IMG/VR virus record: IMGVR_UViG_3300009314_000008 | Coordinates: 14,446-78,445 of that record | DNA length: 64,000 bases | Origin: a virus | Direction: 5' to 3' (one strand) | Part shown: positions 58,765-64,000 of the stretch, piece after piece | Position numbering within the stretch: the first letter of the stretch is position 1 | How the letters are laid out: each line of letters opens with the position of its first letter | Program-made: the position numbers and the translations under genes | The notes under the pieces: generated by a model | Databases searched by the model: none | What the model was told of the DNA's origin: nothing | Seen by the model: only the letters and a program-made list of their open reading frames with translations

Positions 58765-58983
58765 CTATAATTTATGCCCATCATCTTCGATATTTATAAT
58801 AATATCCCTTAGACGGGCATACATATTACACAACTCGCTATTTTGAGTATCCATCGCCACCTTTTTTATAGATTCCATTATTACCCACACATCAAGAAGT
58901 CGCTGTTTTAATCTTGCTTTGTAACCAGTTAGCCTTATTAACTCTCTTATCCATTCTCTCACACTGCCTGTATAGTTCTTCAT
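58765..58983 (-). CDS. Hypothetical protein
   Basis: Minus-strand ORF with GGGGG upstream. Confidence 0.4.
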   Translation of the reverse strand: MKNYTGSVREWIRELIRLTGYKARLKQRLLDVWVIMESIKKVAMDTQNSELCNMYARLRDIIINIEDDGHKL

Positions 58984-59029
58984 TCATTTAATTTACCCCC
59001 TTTTTTGTGATAAAACGATTTCAGTTTAT

Positions 59030-59209
59030 TCATTTTCCGTCCTTTTTGATAGATTCATAGCAACAAGGATGATCAACGTATTGGCTAATCAATAGACCTT
59101 GTTGTTGTGTTTTCACGACCACGCCATCGGTTAATGCATATTTACATTTCTTCCCCTTTTTACACTTTTTCCAAAAGGGGCAGAAAGTAATATCCTTGTA
59201 GCATATCAT
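59030..59209 (-). CDS. 59-aa Cys-rich hypothetical protein (not in ORF track)
   Basis: MICYKDITFCPFWKKCKKGKKCKYALT... Confidence 0.55.
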   Translation of the reverse strand: MICYKDITFCPFWKKCKKGKKCKYALTDGVVVKTQQQGLLISQYVDHPCCYESIKKDGK

Positions 59210-59281
59210 CTTTTTATCCCCCTTTCAACCATATGTGGGGAGGTAGAACAATCTCCCCGCACTCCAATTTGGTTATCGTTA

Positions 59282-59614
59282 TCAATCCTTGAATACATTG
59301 TTAAAATCAACCATCACGCATGATGGCGTCTTGCAGTCTTCTTCATAGAATCCAATTACCTCATAAAATCCATCTCCATCTTTCGTGGCAGTTACCACAC
59401 CAAGACCTTCAATCCCGTTATCATGACAAAATGTTTTATCCATTTTATAACCAATAAATTCGCAGAATTCATCCCAATCTTTTCCCATAGTATTAGGGAC
59501 AATTCCATCTCTGTGAATTATGTAACAAGGATCTCCTATCCATACTATCCCTGCATCCACCCCAATATGCCCAATTGTTCTCGGGGTTAATTTCTTCAAT
59601 TTTTGTAAATTCAT
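59282..59614 (-). CDS. Hypothetical protein (DUF4241-like GVDAG..DP..GDG.Y.V)
   Basis: Motif pattern; GGAGG RBS; hairpin at 59235-59262 downstream. Confidence 0.5.
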   Translation of the reverse strand: MNLQKLKKLTPRTIGHIGVDAGIVWIGDPCYIIHRDGIVPNTMGKDWDEFCEFIGYKMDKTFCHDNGIEGLGVVTATKDGDGFYEVIGFYEEDCKTPSCVMVDFNNVFKD

Positions 59615-59709
59615 CTATGCCTCCTTTTTCATTTTATTCTTAAAATTTATTATTATCTGCATATCAACATCCCCTGACACCATTCAATAATAGTCCCAAT
59701 TTATCTCCT

Positions 59710-59961
59710 TTATATAAAATTTTCTATTCCATCTTTATCTATATGTAAATCTCGACACGCTTTTTCAAATGCTTCCCAAAGCGAATCTCTATTTTCCATA
59801 TCGTATTCCATATTATCAATAGCAAATTCTATATCGCCGACCATCTCAATTTCTTCCTCATAACAATCGGCTTTCTTTAATTTGGATTCAAAAAATTCTT
59901 TGAATCCACCGGGAACTGATTCTACCATAAATACCTCCTTAATTGTAGATTTTAAATTCAC
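59710..59961 (-). CDS. Acidic hypothetical protein
   Basis: Minus-strand ORF; internal AAGGAGG suggests start at MVESV. Confidence 0.45.
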   Translation of the reverse strand: MNLKSTIKEVFMVESVPGGFKEFFESKLKKADCYEEEIEMVGDIEFAIDNMEYDMENRDSLWEAFEKACRDLHIDKDGIENFI

Positions 59962-60062
59962 CTGTTTTCTTGGTTATTTTCATTACTTGATCTTTAAAAT
60001 TATCATCCCTTGTTTGTAAAAATATAAACTCTGATGATTTAATGGATTGCCGGCTTTATTTT

Positions 60063-60368
60063 TTACATTTTTGGATATTTAGTTATCAAAGAATCTATAA
60101 AAGATGCAGTTTCGGAACTAAATTCTTTTGATAGATAATCTTTCATAGAACCGTGTTCAATCTCATCATATCCAATCTTATGCAACCATTTATCAAATTC
60201 CATAAGATCAAATACCCACTTATTAATAAGAATAAAAGTTTTATCGGTGAAATAGGTGAGCAATACACCTTTGCTCCGGAAAGTATTATTAAATTTTTCC
60301 ATATCTTCTGAATCAATTTGTTTGAGTAAACTTTCACTTGTAACCTTCATATTTTTTTCCTTATACAT
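60063..60368 (-). CDS. Hypothetical protein, paralog of 57417..57719
   Basis: Co-linear similarity. Confidence 0.6.
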   Translation of the reverse strand: MYKEKNMKVTSESLLKQIDSEDMEKFNNTFRSKGVLLTYFTDKTFILINKWVFDLMEFDKWLHKIGYDEIEHGSMKDYLSKEFSSETASFIDSLITKYPKM

Positions 60369-60916
60369 TCTTTTCCAATAAATTGCCTAGTATTGTTAGC
60401 AAATTTTACGAGATAAGCATTCAACCGCTTATGATAATAGCCAATTTTATTTCCTGCTCCGTTATCTATTACACCTGTGCTATCTTTTCCACCTGTATTG
60501 ACTATAACTTCATCTCCTATAACGATTGTCTGTTGTAGGTTGATTTCTTGCCAAATTGTTCTTTTTATAAAAGAAGGTAATAAATCGCCAAAATTATTAA
60601 TGTCATTAGCTCGATCTACTAATTTATTAATTATTCGTTGAGGAAACAAAGTAAAAGGATGATTATATTTTAATTCCAATAAATTAAAATAATTTGTAGC
60701 TTCTGAACACGAAACAGTTCTTATTTGCATTTTTTCTAACGGTTTATCTTTATCGATCCAATATCGACAACAAGCTGTTTTCTTTTTTTGCGAAAAGGAT
60801 AATCGAGTTATAAATCCTAATTCACAATCGGGATGATGAATATTATTTTTAGCGTGATCAGGAATATAAATTACTTGCAAACCTATTCGAGCCACTTTGT
60901 CACTAATCATAATCAT
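60347..60916 (-). CDS. Hypothetical phage protein
   Basis: GLQVIYIP.HA....HPDCELGFIT motif. Confidence 0.5.
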   Translation of the reverse strand: MIMISDKVARIGLQVIYIPDHAKNNIHHPDCELGFITRLSFSQKKKTACCRYWIDKDKPLEKMQIRTVSCSEATNYFNLLELKYNHPFTLFPQRIINKLVDRANDINNFGDLLPSFIKRTIWQEINLQQTIVIGDEVIVNTGGKDSTGVIDNGAGNKIGYYHKRLNAYLVKFANNTRQFIGKECIRKKI

Positions 60917-61030
60917 ACCTCGTATAATTTTTCAATTTGTTCCCGGAACTTTTGAATAATTTCCTGCAGAACGGTTAATTTTATTAAAGAATCACTTGTT
61001 ACTTTTGACATTTTTCCTCCATTATTAAGA

Positions 61031-61252
61031 TTATATCACAAATTCTGGCACACTTGCCTTTAGTGGCGGATACCAGAAATGCTCACGATAGCGAGTATCG
61101 TAAAGTTTGACAAATTTAGATTTATCTGATTTAGGAAATACTCGAATACCAGATTCCATAAATCGAAAGACACCATTCTCATCTTGATATACTTTTTGGT
61201 TAGTTTTCTTATCCAGCCAGCATTTCTTGAGTTTTATTAAACGATTTTTCAT
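61031..61252 (-). CDS. Hypothetical protein
   Basis: Minus-strand ORF. Confidence 0.4.
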   Translation of the reverse strand: MKNRLIKLKKCWLDKKTNQKVYQDENGVFRFMESGIRVFPKSDKSKFVKLYDTRYREHFWYPPLKASVPEFVI

Positions 61253-61356
61253 AATTTATCAAATTCTTCTTTCAAATCAACCAAATCAGCTCCGGTATTC
61301 AATCCCGGCAATATCCTCGGAATCAACCTGACTATTATTGATTAATACTTTATGAC

Positions 61357-61560
61357 TCATTCAATATATCCTTGCGAATTTATTATTGTTTTGAAACTTA
61401 ATCCGGCAGAATGAATAATCACCGGAAGATTGTATTTTTTAGCAAAATCCAATTTAATGAACATTCGGGCTTTACAATTTTGATGAGAACCAATCAATTC
61501 TCCATCGTAATAAATATAACGGCGAGTATTAGAAAATTTATTTATATCCAAGTTTTTCAT
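61357..61560 (-). CDS. Hypothetical protein
   Basis: Coupled ORF. Confidence 0.4.
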   Translation of the reverse strand: MKNLDINKFSNTRRYIYYDGELIGSHQNCKARMFIKLDFAKKYNLPVIIHSAGLSFKTIINSQGYIE

Positions 61561-61795
61561 TTTTCAATAGTTCGGCTTTAATATCTGCTCTGGTTTGACA
61601 GATACTTTGATAAGAATCTTCTTCACTAAACTTGGGAATCCAAATCGGATATTTTGGATATTCTTTTCTGATTTTGTTTTTCTTTTTGATTAGTAATTTC
61701 TTCAATCTCAAGCATTCCTGAAAAACATCATAGACATCTCTCCCGGAATTTCTCATGTAACTTCGACGATTTTTACGAGATTCGCTCTTTTTCAT
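61538..61795 (-). CDS. Hypothetical basic protein
   Basis: GGGAG RBS. Confidence 0.45.
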   Translation of the reverse strand: MKKSESRKNRRSYMRNSGRDVYDVFQECLRLKKLLIKKKNKIRKEYPKYPIWIPKFSEEDSYQSICQTRADIKAELLKNEKLGYK

Positions 61796-61799
61796 TTTT

Positions 61800-62152
61800 T
61801 TACTCCCTTGATAAATTTAATTTATCGGCTAATTCTTCGGCAATATAAGCAATATCAACCTTGATACCTAATCGCTTTCCCGCATCTTTTGATATACACC
61901 ACAGTCTTCCAGTCCTGTAAGGATTTTCAGAACCTTCAGATTCATTGGTGCATTTGATTAACATATTCCACCCATATCTAATCCTTTTTGGCACTCGGGA
62001 CACGGGTCTCCGACATACTTCTTCCCTTCCTCAAAAGTATTAGATAATATCCTGTTCAATAGAATGCCGGAATCTTTTCCACAGATAGGGCACGCCATCA
62101 TACCTACATAAGATTTACTCCTATTCTTCTTCGCAATAATCATAAGTCCCAT
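61800..62152 (-). pseudogene. Frameshifted Zn-finger gene related to 57809..58309
   Basis: CPICG...PCPEC..LDMGGI in one frame joins MLIKC...NPYRTG in another; adding one A (ATA ATG) restores a single ORF. Confidence 0.5.
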
Positions 62153-62429
62153 CTCCGTGCCTGACGCAATGACTTAACCTTGATAATCCATTTGGATGAG
62201 AACGATTAGTAATATTATCAAGCATTTCGTCAGGGGTTATTTCTTCACCATATTCGTTGATAATGGTTTTGTCTTTCCAATACTTCTTCCAATCTTCAAG
62301 GGAATTGATTCCATTTTCGGGTTCGATATGCAAAGCAAATACCCATCCGGCAGAAGATTTCCCAATATGTTTTCTTTCTTCGTGTCCACAACACTCACAT
62401 TTTTTAATGGTATAATAATTACATCCCAT
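62121..62429 (-). CDS. Hypothetical phage protein
   Basis: MGCNYY..CECC..HIGKSSAGWVF..I.NEYG motif. Confidence 0.6.
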   Translation of the reverse strand: MGCNYYTIKKCECCGHEERKHIGKSSAGWVFALHIEPENGINSLEDWKKYWKDKTIINEYGEEITPDEMLDNITNRSHPNGLSRLSHCVRHGDGTYDYCEEE

Positions 62430-62886
62430 CGTTCATCTCCTTCAAGTATTCGAGTTCTTTTATTCTTTTTTCAATAATATCTATCCAAGATTTAAGCCGG
62501 TCTATACACTTCTGTTCACCCCATAATATATAACGGCTATACGGGAACTCATCACTCAAGTTATATTTTTTCCATTCCACACAAAGTATATTATTTATTA
62601 ATTTATGAGGACACCGGGAACATAGACTTTTGCTATATGCACACAGAGGACATTTATTAAGCACTGATCTATTACAATATTGTTGCAAAGTTTTTATGAC
62701 AGCCTGAAGCATTAGATTCAATTCCTTGATAGATAAATCATTATAGCAGAACTGCCGCCATTTTCCAAAAAAATCATCTTGGCAATTTTGACAGAGACCG
62801 CTGATAGCAAATTCTTTTCGAGATAATTCATTTCTTAAATCAGTTTCTACATTGACCTTAACTCCACATTTTCTACAGATTTCCAT
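62419..62886 (-). CDS. Cys-rich hypothetical protein
   Basis: CRKC...SRKEFAISGLCQNCQD and CPLC..CSRCP; AGGAG RBS. Confidence 0.55.
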   Translation of the reverse strand: MEICRKCGVKVNVETDLRNELSRKEFAISGLCQNCQDDFFGKWRQFCYNDLSIKELNLMLQAVIKTLQQYCNRSVLNKCPLCAYSKSLCSRCPHKLINNILCVEWKKYNLSDEFPYSRYILWGEQKCIDRLKSWIDIIEKRIKELEYLKEMNDGM

Positions 62887-63003
62887 AACAATTCTCCTTT
62901 TATTTTATCACCCTGCTATACTGAAAACGAAATATAACAAGCGTTCTCACGACGGAACATGACGCACACATCCCATTCTAAAAATAACTCTTTTTGTATC
63001 ATA

Positions 63004-63798
63004 TTAAAATTCCTTTTTAAAAACGAATATGTATTCGTGCTTGAATATGAAATAATCACTTTTTAATGCTCTATATTTCCAAATTCCACCTTGTCCAATT
63101 TTACCTCTATTGCCTTCAATATTTTTTACAATAACTCCTTTTAACTTAACCCTAAAGTTTCTTTTTATTGTATCCATTACGTAAAAAGATAAAGGTATCA
63201 CTTCACTATTTTTATAAACATCTCCTATTACAATTGCAAAGTAGCGATTTTTCTCTAAATATTTTAGCCCATTCTGTACTACTTTAGTAAAGATTTTTAT
63301 AAATTGTGATAGATCAGAGATCTGTGATAAATCTTCTTTCTTGTCGGTAAATTTCACAATATCCATATATGGTGGATGCATTAATAAAAATTGAACTTTA
63401 TTAGACCTTAGTTTATTTAATGAATTCTTGATTTTATTATTGAAATCATTTAGGCAGGAAACGTCACAATTTTGAATATCAAAATCTACCGTACTAAAGA
63501 TACCCATCTTGTCTTTAACTAAAGCAATCATTTCTTCATTTATATCAAATCCTATGCAATTTCGATTCAAGTTCTCACATTCAAAAAGTGTAGTTCCGCT
63601 ACCAAGAAACATATCAAGAACAATATCTTGTTTTTTTGTGTACCTTTTTATTAATTGATAAGGAATTTGTGGTATAAAATTGCCATGATAAAGATTTGAA
63701 TGTTTACCTTTTTTATCCCGCTTATTAATTAACCAAAGGCTATCAACATTAATATCGGTTTCCTTCCATTTTATTAAATCTAAATCGTTAAATCTCAT
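63004..63798 (-). CDS. DNA amino-methyltransferase (N4/N6), orphan
   Basis: HGNFIPQIP, DMFLGSGTT (motif I), HPPY (motif IV). Confidence 0.85.
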   Translation of the reverse strand: MRFNDLDLIKWKETDINVDSLWLINKRDKKGKHSNLYHGNFIPQIPYQLIKRYTKKQDIVLDMFLGSGTTLFECENLNRNCIGFDINEEMIALVKDKMGIFSTVDFDIQNCDVSCLNDFNNKIKNSLNKLRSNKVQFLLMHPPYMDIVKFTDKKEDLSQISDLSQFIKIFTKVVQNGLKYLEKNRYFAIVIGDVYKNSEVIPLSFYVMDTIKRNFRVKLKGVIVKNIEGNRGKIGQGGIWKYRALKSDYFIFKHEYIFVFKKEF

Positions 63799-64000
63799 TT
63801 CTTCATCTTACTCCACCTATATTTGTATTTGCTCTTTCAGCTAATTTTCTTAGTAATTCAACGGAAATTGATATTACACACTATTATAAGAATTTGCTTT
63901 TAGTTGGTTTTTTCTTACATTGCGATCAAGTTAAATATGCATTCAAAAGAATGCAAGTTTTTTCTGCTGCGATTAGCAGCTTAGTTCAACAAAAATATCC

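Noticed and set aside
392-62477. Numerous plus-strand ORFs of 60-150 aa
   Set aside because: All overlap longer, coupled minus-strand genes in antisense, lack RBS and have shadow-like composition
1-64000. Alternative genetic code (TGA or TAG recoded)
   Set aside because: Coding density is already high in code 11; TGA ends genes in ATGA/GTGA overlaps (e.g. 4756, 13167, 43862) and TAG ends others. Only one suspicious TGA (35973).
63799-64000. Cognate restriction endonuclease upstream of the methyltransferase
   Set aside because: Only a short open stretch interrupted by stops; cannot be supported within the window

Overview
A 64-kb, AT-rich segment of a large tailed (myovirus/jumbo-type) bacteriophage genome. 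Essentially all real genes are on the minus strand; the plus-strand ORFs are antisense shadows. Read right to left, it starts with a small-gene accessory region (53-64 kb: DNA methyltransferase, SDR and LicD remnant, HAD-like protein, HNH, paralog pairs). The head module follows (terminase, portal, prohead protease, scaffolds, major capsid), then neck, sheath, two tube paralogs, a -1 frameshifted tail chaperone, tape measure, a baseplate cluster containing a sigma-70-family sigma factor, and tail fibre/lectin-like proteins. The standout is two clusters (33.1-36.9 kb and 43.6-48.2 kb, plus 52.4-52.7 kb) of otherwise unrelated, very basic proteins sharing a 10-aa leader M-[KRN]-C-P-x-[IV]-[IVL]-K-x-[AS]. 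The leader starts 10 ORFs (3 missed by the ORF track) and recurs about 8 times internally between domains. It ends in the K-x-A motif that also peppers the scaffolds, protease and capsid. I infer a capsid-targeting, protease-cleaved cargo system with shuffled payloads: two protein kinase-like domains, an InPase domain, a HExxH metallopeptidase, two membrane-anchored J-domains, DUF3008, glycine-zipper membrane proteins and an SNF2-helicase stub. No tRNA, rRNA or CRISPR array was recognised. All assignments come from motifs and synteny read by eye; no searches were run.
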